A stretch of 64,000 nucleotides of DNA from Paraspadella gotoi (Eukaryota > Animalia > Chaetognatha), in the NCBI GenBank assembly GCA_051294375.1, contig CM119270.1:10252808-10316807 (forward strand), read 5' to 3'. The notes below the pieces were generated by a model. The model was not told the origin of the DNA, did no database searches, and saw only the letters and a list, made by a program, of their open reading frames with translations. Position numbers and translations under genes: made by a program. Below are positions 1 through 10,594 of this stretch, in pieces (within the stretch, counting starts at the first letter, position 1; every line of letters starts with the position of its first letter).

Positions 1-1020
1 CGCCTCCGCCGCCGCCCCCTATTCAATAATAAAGCTGCTCGGCCACCGTTTTGCATTCGTCTTCGTCGTCCTCGTCGTCATCTTCGTCGTCATCGTCGTC
101 GTCGTCGTCGTCAATGGGCTCCTTTAAAAAAAATCCCATTTTACTATTCACCCAATTTTATTCTCGTTATTTCGCCACTATTTTTATCTGATGGAGGTTT
201 TTTCGTTTGACGGGAAACATACGTAAAAGTTGAAACTTGAAACCGTGATTTTTGATGCTTCAACAAAAAGAAAGAAAGAAAGAAAGAAAGAAAGAAACTA
301 AACTAATTAAACTAACTAGTAACCAGATGTAAAACAACCTGAGTAAAGTATGCCAAAAAAAAAAAATTAACTGAAATTTTTTCTAAAAAAATCAAAAGCT
401 ATCAAAAAATGTTTGTGAGAAAAAAAGTCGTGATTAAAAGGGGAAGAAAAAGAAAAGAAAAGGGAAATAGCGAATTGAAGTCGTAGTCTATTTCGGCCTT
501 TGTTTTTTTTTTTTTGCTCCTTTTTTTCAATTCCGGATGACTCATTCTTAAACATTTTGGTTGCAACTTCCCTCGAGGGAAACTTTAGTAGAAATTTCGT
601 TGGAAGGGGTTTTTTGGGGGGCCGAGGAAGCTGAGTTTCGCTGTCGCAGTTGAGAATCCATTGTGAAGTAAGAATAAGGAAAAAAAGACACGGGATTTTA
701 ATGAGCTATGGAAAGGGAGATAGAAGTTTGAAACCAAAGCGAGATTTGTTTGTACTGAGATTGCGTTTAAATTAATGAAAATGAACTCAATAAAAATATT
801 TTTTTTCGAGAATCCAAACTAAGAAAAACTAAAGATTTGTACTCGTGAGGGATGAGTGGGCGAGGAAGAAATCAACTGAAAGAATGAAAGAAAAAAAAAG
901 AAAAAAATTTTTGAGAAAAAACGGAATTGAATTCGTTTCTCTTCGTCGGTTTCCATCAACTTTAAGTCGATTTCCCACCGAAGCGTCTCTCTCTCTCTCT
1001 CTCTCTCTCTCCTTCTCTCT

Positions 1021-1071
<51 letters not shown>

Positions 1072-1415
1072 CCCTCCTTTTTGTGTCTTTCGCCCTTCCT
1101 TCTCAAATCCTTTATCTTTTTTATTCGTTTTTTTTGCCTTTTTGGAAAACGAGTTTAGCTATTTTTAGAATTGCATATTGCTTGTTTCTATTCACCGTTT
1201 TCTTAAATCTGGAATTTTAATCCAGTTTCTAAACCATTTTTCTGTACTTTGTTTTCAACTAAACGAACATATTGTAACATCGTTTACATTAAGGTTTTAC
1301 TTCCCACTTCCTCTCCTCACCACCTCCACCTCTTCTCTCGAATTTCTTCATCTTCTTTTTTCCACCTCCATCATTCGTTAAATTGTGTCGACGCCTCCTT
1401 TTCTGCATTCCCGCC

Positions 1416-1530
<115 letters not shown>

Positions 1531-3051
1531 GTTCCTGAGAGTGGCTCCAGGCGCAAACAACAACACCAACAACAACCGAGAATAACTTTCATTCCTCTCC
1601 ATCTCTCGCCCTGCCTCCCCCTCCCCTCCCCATCTTCAACAATGGAGCCAAGGGGTTCGCACTGCAAGAATGGAAGGCAGGAATTCTGGTAAACGGGATC
1701 GAGAAACGCGAACGCGTTTTGGAAATGAACGAAATTCACCCCCGCGCGCCTTCGAGAGGGAGAGGGAGTTGGGGGCTGGGTGACCGAGATGTTGGGGGGA
1801 GGTTTCGGTGTCGGGGGAGTTGGTGTGGGCGTTATGTAGCGATTGTGCTTTGGCGGATTAATTTACGACGGCGCCCGGATACAAACGATTCATAACAAAC
1901 GAGAGAAAAAAAAACCCACAAAATTATTCGTTGTTAATCGATTTCTTTTCGACGCCCGCGATTCTGTTAAAAATATTTTTAACGAGACTCTTTTCTTCCT
2001 TAATCAATTCTTTTTTTTTTAAATGGTAATTATATTTTGGGTTGTTGTTCTCTGGTTGTTTCATCTTTACTTTTTCTTCAACACTCTTTCACCATCACTT
2101 TAAGTCCAGACAACTTATCGTTCTTCTGATATTCCCCTCTCTCNNNNNNNNNNNNNNNNNNNNNNNNNAAAGAGAGAGATTAATTCATTAAATTCTATTA
2201 CATACGAACCAAGATAGAAGCCCCAGCCTTTCCAATGATAAATGCCTGTAAAGCTTTTTTTTTCTAATAACGTTTTAGATAAGAAAATTTTAATCTTATC
2301 CTGAGGCCGAAATAGTACATAAATATTAAAACACAAGGAGAAAATAAAAACATTAAAAAAGGCCTGATTCTTACCTTGACAGTAAACGACCTTTTAAATT
2401 CTTTCTTTTCATCTTTTTTCATCGTCATCATCAATCATCTTCGGCTGTCATACTTTAAAAATAAAATAAAAAAGGAAGAAAAAAATTAGAAAAATCTCCC
2501 GTCTCTCGGCTCTTAAGAAGCGAAGAAAGTCAGAGAAGAGGAGAAAACGATAAAGAGAGAAAAAAGGAAAAGAAAACCATTAGAAAAGACGAAGCAGTCA
2601 ACAAAGAGGAAGAACTAGATGAAAAAAGGGAAGAGGAAAAAAAGAAGGAGTAATAAAAGAAAAGAAAAAAAAATAAGAGAGAGGGAGGGAGGGAAAAAAT
2701 TTGCGGCGCGAACGCCCCACGATTCAACCGAGGCCGCCGTCTCCGGCTTTTCCCTTTCGCCGATCAACCCGCCCCTCTTTCCGCGCGTTTCTCTATACAA
2801 GAGCCCCGTTGCGAGCATTCCCGCAGCGCCGACAGTGGGCCTTATAAGAAAACGCTACGCGTGAAAAGAGACCTGAAAAGAGAAAGAGAGAGAGAGCCAG
2901 GCCGAAAGCGCGCGGTCGAGAAGACGGCGTCAGCCAATTGCAAATTCCCCCGCGTTTTCTACTGGGATCCATTGGAGGCCTCGAATCATCTGAATGAGGG
3001 GGCAATATATGAAGCAGTCAGCCCCAAACGCCGAGAAGAGAGAGAGAGAGA

Positions 3052-3084
<33 letters not shown>

Positions 3085-3224
3085 GGAGAGAGAGAGAGAG
3101 AGAGAAGAGAGAGAGAGAAAAGGGAAACAGCGTTGCTCTCTCTCTCATAACTCTAAACTCTCTCTCACGTTTTTCCCTAATCTTCTTTTTTCTCTCTCTC
3201 TCTTCTGTCTCTCCTGTCTCTCTC

Positions 3225-3260
<36 letters not shown>

Positions 3261-5078
3261 ATCAATGCGGGCGAAAAAAGAGGGGGGCGACTGAAAAGCG
3301 TTCGCAAATGGTTTTAAAAACACCTTCTTAGCCAAATTTTCGGGTGAGTTGATGGGAGAGGTTTCGGTGAGGTAAACATAGAGAGATAGAGAGCGAGTCC
3401 CAATTCTCGCTCTCTCTTTAAATTTCTTCTCTCTCTTTAGCCCGCTCCGTGGGCGCACGACGGATGAGAAAGCTTTGAGTCGATATATTACTTGGAAAGC
3501 CACAACCCCATGGGAAAGGGCGGGTTCGAGTCGCGGGCTAATGGGGAAGAAGGCGAGGGCTGGGGAGCGGGGCTGCGAATGAGTGAGAATGGCAGTGGGA
3601 CTGAACGCTCGCAGTCGGCGAATGGTTCATCAATGGTGGGTAGGGTTTAAGGCGCCGTCTAAGAGCCACGGAAACTCGAGAGAACGCGCTTTGAGTGTTT
3701 TTTCAAATTCTTTCCTCCTCTCACTCGCTCTCTCCATCCTCTCATGCTCTCTCTCGCGCCTTCTCCCTCTGTCGTTCTCCCAATCTCTCTCTCTTCGTCT
3801 CTCTACTTTTCGCCAAAAAAATTTGAGTTCCTAAATGTGCGTTAGAGTGGTAAAAAGATATGAAGGCGCAGGAAGAAGGAGGCCGGCGCGCAGAGGATGC
3901 AGCCCGTTGCAAAAAAAACCCGGCTTTGAATAAGATGATTCCTTTCATAATGCGTTTTCTTTCTTTCTTTCTTTTCTTCTATGTTCCTTTGTCTCTCTCT
4001 CTCTCTCTCTCTCTCTCCCGTCCTCTCTTCTCCTTCTCTCAGCTCTCTCTTTTCTCTCTCTGCTCTCTTTCTCTTATTTGAATCTTTTTATTTTCTCTTC
4101 CTCGTTTTAGGAAATGGAAAAGATGGGGCTGAGTGGATAATGGATGTTGAGTTGAACTTGTGGAAAGACGCGCGGCGTGCAGAAAGCGACAGAGAGAGAG
4201 AAAGAGAAGAAGAGAGAGAGGGGAGAGAGAGCAGAGAGAGGAGAGAGAGCGAGAGAGAGAGTAGTATGTGAAAGAGAATTTTTTTTTCACATTTTCAAAC
4301 TTTGATGCTCTTTATCCTTTTGTTTCATCCCTTCGTATTTTTTTTCCTTTCGCTTACTTTTTCCGACTTTTGATAGTGTGTTTTAACACAACAATGCAGG
4401 CTGAAAAACAAGTTTGGAGCATCAACAATGTCGATCTGCCTACGATAATAATTAATTAATTGATTAATTAATTATATTAATAGTTGAATAATTAATAAGA
4501 ATTTAATTAATTAATTAATTTAATAGATTAATTATAATTTATATTCAGGGCTTGTCATGCAAAATCGATATCCTTAAAATTGAGTCAGGACAGTTATTAA
4601 ATGTTTTGTTTACCATTTATCAAAACAAAACAAATATCCTCTATTATCGAAGCCAGGCCGGCAAAGCCCGTCCTGTCCTAAGATTTTTTTTTTCGGTTTG
4701 AGCTTTCGTCTGCGCTTTTTTGCAATCATGGCTTTGAAAAGTGTGATATCATAGGGAGTGGAATTTTCATATAATGGCTTTAAATCATCAAGATGCTTTA
4801 AAATTCATCATGTTTCATATCAAATATTGGTATTTGTTTTATGTTTTTTTACAAAAAAAAACGTTTTAATTAATATTGTCCGCTCTCTGCTCTCTCTCTT
4901 TTCTCCGTCAACTCTGGCTTATTCTTCTAAAAACGAGTTCCGGCTCTGCAGCGTCCTTGTCCAGCTTCTTTCTCTCTCTCTCGTCTCTCTCTCTCTCTCT
5001 CATCTCTCTCTTTCTCTCTCTCTTTTTTTACCAAAAATTTTTAGAATATAATGTGGGTTCACTAATGTAAAAAACGAA

Positions 5079-5155
5079 TGCCGAGAACAGGGCGCGAACC
5101 CGGGTCTTTGGTAGAGAATAGGCTCCACGCTACGTGCGGCGCCATACAGTACTGC
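5079..5155 (-). other. Degenerate tRNA-derived (SINE-head-like) sequence inside the element
   Basis: The minus strand reads ...tatggcgccgcacgtagcgtgg...gacccgggttcgcgccctgttctcggca. It has an A-box-like TGGCG...GTAGCG, a B-box-like GGTTCGCGCCC and a partial T-arm. The acceptor and anticodon arms do not fold cleanly, so it is not called a functional tRNA. Confidence 0.4.
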
Positions 5156-5534
5156 TGAATTCTTTAACGAGTAGGGGCTGTAGAGCTTCTCTCTCTCTCT
5201 CTTAAATTATTATATATCGCTCTTTCTCTTCTCTTTTTATATCTGCAGCGGCTGTCTCTCTCTCTCTCTCTTTTTCTCTCCTCAATCTCTCTGTCTTCTG
5301 TCCTCTCTGTGTGTGTCTGTCCCTATCCTGTCCGATCTTTTTGCGTGATCGTTTGTTTTTTTGAAAAATTCTGATTATTTTTTCCTTCTAAAAACTTTTT
5401 ATTTTATTGCCATTTATTCCGCGCTTTTTTTCATACAAAATCCCATATTTTCATCCGAGATTTTCGTGATTTATTCTCTTCTTTCTCTCTCTCTCTCTTC
5501 GTTTTTTCTCTTCGTCATTCTTTCTCGTCTCTCG

Positions 5535-5568
<34 letters not shown>

Positions 5569-5606
5569 TTCAACCTCATACAAACGATTTGTTTTGTTTT
5601 ATGAGC

Positions 5607-5828
5607 TATCATCGCATCAATGATGACAATCATCGCATCAATGAATGACATATCATCGCATCACTGAATGACTATCAATCACAGCAGTGAATGAATATCA
5701 TACGCATCAATAATTGATTATCATCGAATCAATAATCAAATTCCTATTACATCAATAAATTACTATTACATCAATGCAATAGTATTACCGCTGCAATCAA
5801 TTACTAGTACATCAACAATCGTTATCGC
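5607..5828. repeat. Minisatellite of about 19-23 bp (tatcatcgcatcaatgaatgac-like), roughly 11 progressively diverging units
   Basis: atcatcgcatca / tattacatcaa cores repeat in tandem. Confidence 0.85.
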
Positions 5829-6089
5829 AAGGGCTGATTCCATTCGTCGTTTTTTTCCCCGGTTTTTTTCATTAATTTTCTATGATAGTGGGCTCTGGCC
5901 GATCTTGAGTCTTTTAAGATTTTTTATTTATGTCTCAATTCTGCTCTCTCTCTAGTCTCACTGCTCTCTCTTTTCCTCACTCTCTCTTCTCTCTCACTCT
6001 CTCTTTATCTCTCTCTCTCTCTTCTTCTTTTTATGCAATAAAGCGAACGATCCTTAAATGCTTTTAAGATTTTTTTAAACTTTTGGGCA

Positions 6090-7100
6090 TCATTTTTTTC
6101 AAACTTGCATAATTTTTTCAACTTGCATTCCGTCAAAACTTTATATCTAGCGTTCTTCACCTCAACTTTCCTACCTGGCGGGGGGCCTGGCTCAACAAAA
6201 ATTTCATCTCAATCTATCATGGGTTAAAATAAATAAAAAAGATTCAAAGTAAATGTGAGCTCCATATTTTTTCATTTAAAACTGCATTTCCCACTGTATT
6301 AGCCGTTTCTCCACTGAAACTTTATATCAAAGGCTTCGTCATACGTTTTCCTACCCACACACAAAATTTCAACTCAATCTATCGCATCCAATTATGATTA
6401 ATAGGAGTATTTATTGGTTAAAAATAAGTAAAAAGATTTTTAGTAAATTCGACTTATGTTTTTTGGTCATTTAAACTAATTTCCAACTCACAACGATTCC
6501 ATCGAAAATTTTATATCCAGCTTTTATCACACTACTTTCCTACCCACACACAAAATTTAAATTTCAATCCAACCAGCCATACACGAAGTTATTGGAGCTT
6601 TTTGCTTAAAGATGGGACGGATGGACGGATTGATTGACTAAATAAAATTAAGTTTATTGATTAATTTATTTACTAATTGATTAATTAACTGATTAATCAT
6701 TTGATTTATTAATACAATCCTGCAGATACATTTAATCATAAAAAGGAAAAAGAAGCATAATCAATTAGTAAACAGGTTTTTTGTTTTTTCCATTTAAACT
6801 CAATTTCCTACTCAAACTATTCCATCGAAACTTTGATTTCCTGTTCAAATCACACACTTTCCTTACCCACATACAAAATTCCAGGTCAATCAGCCCATCC
6901 ACTAAAATGAGCATTGGTTGTTCAAAATAGTGAATATATTTTTTTTTGTTTTTTCCAATTTAACTCATTTCCATCGGACGATTAATCGAAAACTTTAAAT
7001 ATCCAGCTGCAAATCACACAGCTTACGCTATCGCACACACAAAATTTCATTTAACATCCATCCATCGCAATCACGAAGTTTATTGTGTTTTTTGCTAAGG
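6090..7100. repeat. Tandem core repeats of the HINE element (5 units of about 156-190 bp, interrupted by ACGG and TAAT tracts)
   Basis: The motif ccatcgaaactttatatccagc...ttcctacccacacacaaaatttca recurs near 6130, 6311, 6499, 6822 and 6983. Confidence 0.85.
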
Positions 7101-7924
7101 TGGGACGGAACGGAGGACCGGTACGGACGACGGACAGACAGACGGACGGACGACAGTCATTTTTTTTTGCATAATTTATCAATAATTCGATGTTCCTGAC
7201 ATGAATATAAGGTGGTGCCCGAGCAATATTGGAGGGGGGCGGACCGACGGACCGGAAAAAAGTGAGTATAAAAAGGTGAGTTATAGAGTCGGGATCTGCT
7301 GATAAGCAGATCCGACTAAAACTTCAATCAAACTTATCGTAGCTCCGAAACTAATTAAACTCGCCACAAACTTTAAGAAAGAAAAACTCATTAATTTGTT
7401 AGGAAAGGAAAAAGAGAAGGGGAGAAGCAAAGCGACTGCCTCCACGCGAGCGCTTTCCTCCGATCCTCGCTACGGGAGCCGTTCATCTCTACACACCCGA
7501 ACCTGCCAACAGTGCAAGTGCCTTTCACTCCGCGTTAAAGCGTTCAATTCTCATCCATTCTTTTTAAAGATTAATCCCCCTTGGATTTTTTCTCTTTTCA
7601 CTTTCACTTTTCTCCACTCCACTTCCTCCATCTTTCCACTTCCCCTCCTCTCGTCTTCCAGCTCCTCCCCGCCTTGCGCTTCCAAACCGACAACAGCAGC
7701 CATGAAAGCGCGAACCGGGGTGCCCTAGATCGGCGAGCCGGAACGGAGCGCATTTGGGGAGGGGGGGCGGTCGGAGGAAAGGAGAGGAAGGAAGAAACGG
7801 AAAGGAGAAGGGAGAGAAATGGGAGATTCGAAGATGAGGAAGGGTGAGAAAGGAAAAGAAAAAGACGACAAGAAGCAATGAGAGCGTGAGAGAGAGAGAG
7901 AAGAGAAGAGAGAGAGAGAGAGGT

Positions 7925-7977
<53 letters not shown>

Positions 7978-7981
<4 letters not shown>

Positions 7982-8552
7982 CCCCAAATGCCTCCGTCGG
8001 GCTTCGCGATCTAGGGCACCCCGGTTCGCGCTTCATTGGCTGCTGTTGTCGGTTGGAAGCGAGGGGGAGGAGCTGGAAGACGAGAGGAGGGGAGTGGAAA
8101 GATGGAGGAAGTGGAGTGGAGAAAAGTGAAAGTGAAAAGAGAAAAAATTCCAAGGGGGGATTAATCTTAAAAAAGAATAGGATTGAGAATGAACGTTTAA
8201 CGCGGAGTGAAAGGCACTTGCACTGTTGGCAGGTTCGGTGTGTTAGAGATGAACGGTCGTGCGAGGATCGGAGGAAAGCGCTCGCGTGGAGGCAAGCGCT
8301 TTGCTTCTCCCCTTCTCTTTTTCCTTTCCTAACAAATTAATGAGTTTTTCTTCTGTAAAGTTTTGTGGTCGAGTTTAATTAGTTTCGGAGCTACGATAAG
8401 TTTGATGAAGTTTTTTTCAAGCTGCATTGTTGTGTTAAAACACACTATCAAAAGTCGGAAAAAGAAAGCGAAAGGAAAAAAAATACGAAGGGATGAACAA
8501 AAGATAAAGAGCATCAAAGTTTGAAAATGTGAAAAAAAATTCTCTTCACATA

Positions 8553-8592
<40 letters not shown>

Positions 8593-8643
8593 AGAGAGAG
8601 AGAGAGCATTGAGGAGGAGATGACGAGAGGAGAGAAGAGAGAT

Positions 8644-8675
<32 letters not shown>

Positions 8676-9721
8676 AGAAGAGATANNNNNNNNNNNNNNN
8701 NNNNNNNNNNNNNNNNNNNNNNNNNNNNNNNNNNNNNNNNNNNNNNNNNNNNNNNNNNNNNNNNNNNNNNNNNNNNNNNNNNNNNNNNNNNNNNNNNNNN
8801 NNNNNNNNNNNNNNNNNNAGAAAGAAAGAAAGAAAGAAAGAAAACGCATTATGGAAAGGAATCATCTTTTCAAAGCCGGGTTTTTTTTGAAGCGGGGGCC
8901 ATCCTCTGCGCGCCGGCCTCCTTCTTCCTGCCGCCTTCATATCTTTTTACACCCTCTAACGACATTTTAGGAACTCAAATTTTTTTGGCGAAGTAGAGAG
9001 AGAGAGAGAGAGATGGAGAGAGGGAGAAGCGAGAGAGAGCATGAGAGAGATGGAGAGAGCGAGTGAGAGAAATTGAAAAACACTCAAGCGGTTCTCTCGA
9101 GTTTCCGTGGCTCTTAGACGGGCCTTAACCCTACACCATGATGCACCATTCGCCGACGCGAGCGTTCAGTCCCACTGCCCCTCATCATTCGCAGCCCCGT
9201 CCCCCAGCCCTCGCCTCTCCCCATTAGCCCCGCGACTCGAAACCCGCCCGTTCCCATGGGGTTGTGGCTTTCCAAGTAATAATATCGACTCAAAGCTTTT
9301 CTCATCCGTCGTCGCGCCACGGAGCGGGCTAAAGAGAGAGAGAGAAATTTAAAGAGAGAGCGAGACATTGGGACTCGCTCTCTATCTCTCTATGTTTAAC
9401 TCACCGAACCTCTCCCATCAACTCACCCGAAAATTTGGCTAAAAAGTGGGTTTTTTAAAACCATTTGCGAACGCTTTTCAGTCGCCCCCCTTTCGCCGCT
9501 TTATGAGAGAGAAGAGAGGAAGAAGAAGTAGCAGATGAAGAACGAGAGAGAGAGAGAGAGAGAAGAGATGAAGAGAGAGAGGAGAGAGAAGAAAAAAGAG
9601 ATAGGGAAAAAGAACGCTTGGGAGAGAAGTTTAGGAGTTTGAAGAGGAGAGAAGCAACGCATTCTCCCTGTTTCTCTCTCTCTCTCTCTCTCTTCTCTAT
9701 ATATATATATATATATATTAG

Positions 9722-9755
<34 letters not shown>

Positions 9756-10594
9756 GGTTTGGGTGCTGACTGCGTTCATATATTGCCCCCTCATTCAGAT
9801 GATCGAGGCCTCCAATGGATTCCCATAGAAAACGCGGGGAATTTGCAATTGGCTGACGCCGTTTCATCGACCGGCGCTTTCGGCCGGCGTCTCTCTCTCT
9901 TTCTCTTTCAGTCTCTTTCACGCGTGGTTTTCTTATAAGGCCCCACTGTCGGCGCTGGGGAATGCTCGCAACGGGGCCTTGTAGAGAAAACGCGGCGGAA
10001 AGAGGGGGCCGGGTGATCGGGAAAGGGAAAAGCCGGAGACGGGGCCTCGTTGAATTGCGTGGGGCGTCGCGCCGCAAATTTTTTCCCTCCCTCCCTCTCT
10101 CTTATTTTTTTTTCTTTTTCTTTTATTACTTCCTTCTTTTTTTTCTCTTCCCTTTTTTCATCTAGTTCTTCCTCTTTGTTGAACTGCTTCGTCTTTTCTA
10201 ACTTGTTTTCTTTTCCTTTTTTCTCTCTTTATCTTTCTCCTCTTCTCTGACTTTCTTCCCTTCTAAGAGCCGAGAGACGGGAGATTTTTCTAATTTTTTT
10301 CTTTCCTTTTTTATTTCATTTTTAAAGATGAAGCCGAAGATGATGATGATGACGATGAAAAAAGATGAAAAGAAAAAGAATTTAAAGTCGTTTACGTCAA
10401 AGGTAGAGAATCAGGCCTTTTTTAAATTGTTTTTATTTTCTCCTTGTGTTTTTAAGATTTTATGTACTATTTCGCCTCAGGATGAAGATTAAAATTTTCT
10501 TATCTAAACGTATTAGAAAAAAAAAGCCTTACAGGATTTATCATTGGAAGGCTGGGTGGCTCTATCTGTTCGATGAATAGAATTAATGAATTAA
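7978..10594 (-). repeat. Right arm of inverted duplication 1 (empty-site version)
   Basis: Continuous reverse complement of 2180-7763 with 4409-7317 missing. The junction reads gatgaag-ttttttt-caagctgcattg at 8404-8429. Confidence 0.95.

Larger units (their letters stand above)
4409..7317 (-). mobile_element. Non-autonomous Helentron-type element (HINE/DINE-1/pearl-like), long 2.9-kb variant with internal cargo
   Basis: This interval is absent from the duplicated arm (empty site at 8411-8417). One end has the palindromic subterminal repeat gtcgggatctgct-gat-aagcagatccgac (7288-7316). The other end reads caagtttggagc...gtcgatctgc. It contains an ACGG/ACAG microsatellite (about 7104-7155), tandem core repeats and TAAT tracts, and sits in an A/T run with no clear TSD. 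Its ends match the copies at 15757-16737 and 33472-34393. Confidence 0.8.
2180..7763 (+). repeat. Left arm of inverted duplication 1 (carries a 2.9-kb insertion)
   Basis: 2180-4408 and 7318-7763 are the reverse complement of 8411-10594 and 7978-8417. Example: 4361 ttccgacttttgatagtgtgttttaacacaacaatgcag versus 8422 ctgcattgttgtgttaaaacacactatcaaaagtcggaa. Differences between arms are mostly single-base indels. Confidence 0.95.

Noticed and set aside
7764-7977. Hairpin loop as a missed SMRTbell adapter
   Set aside because: The 214-bp purine-rich loop has no recognisable CAACAACAAC/GGAGGAGGAGG adapter core. The arms also differ by a 2.9-kb insertion, so they are not two passes of one molecule.
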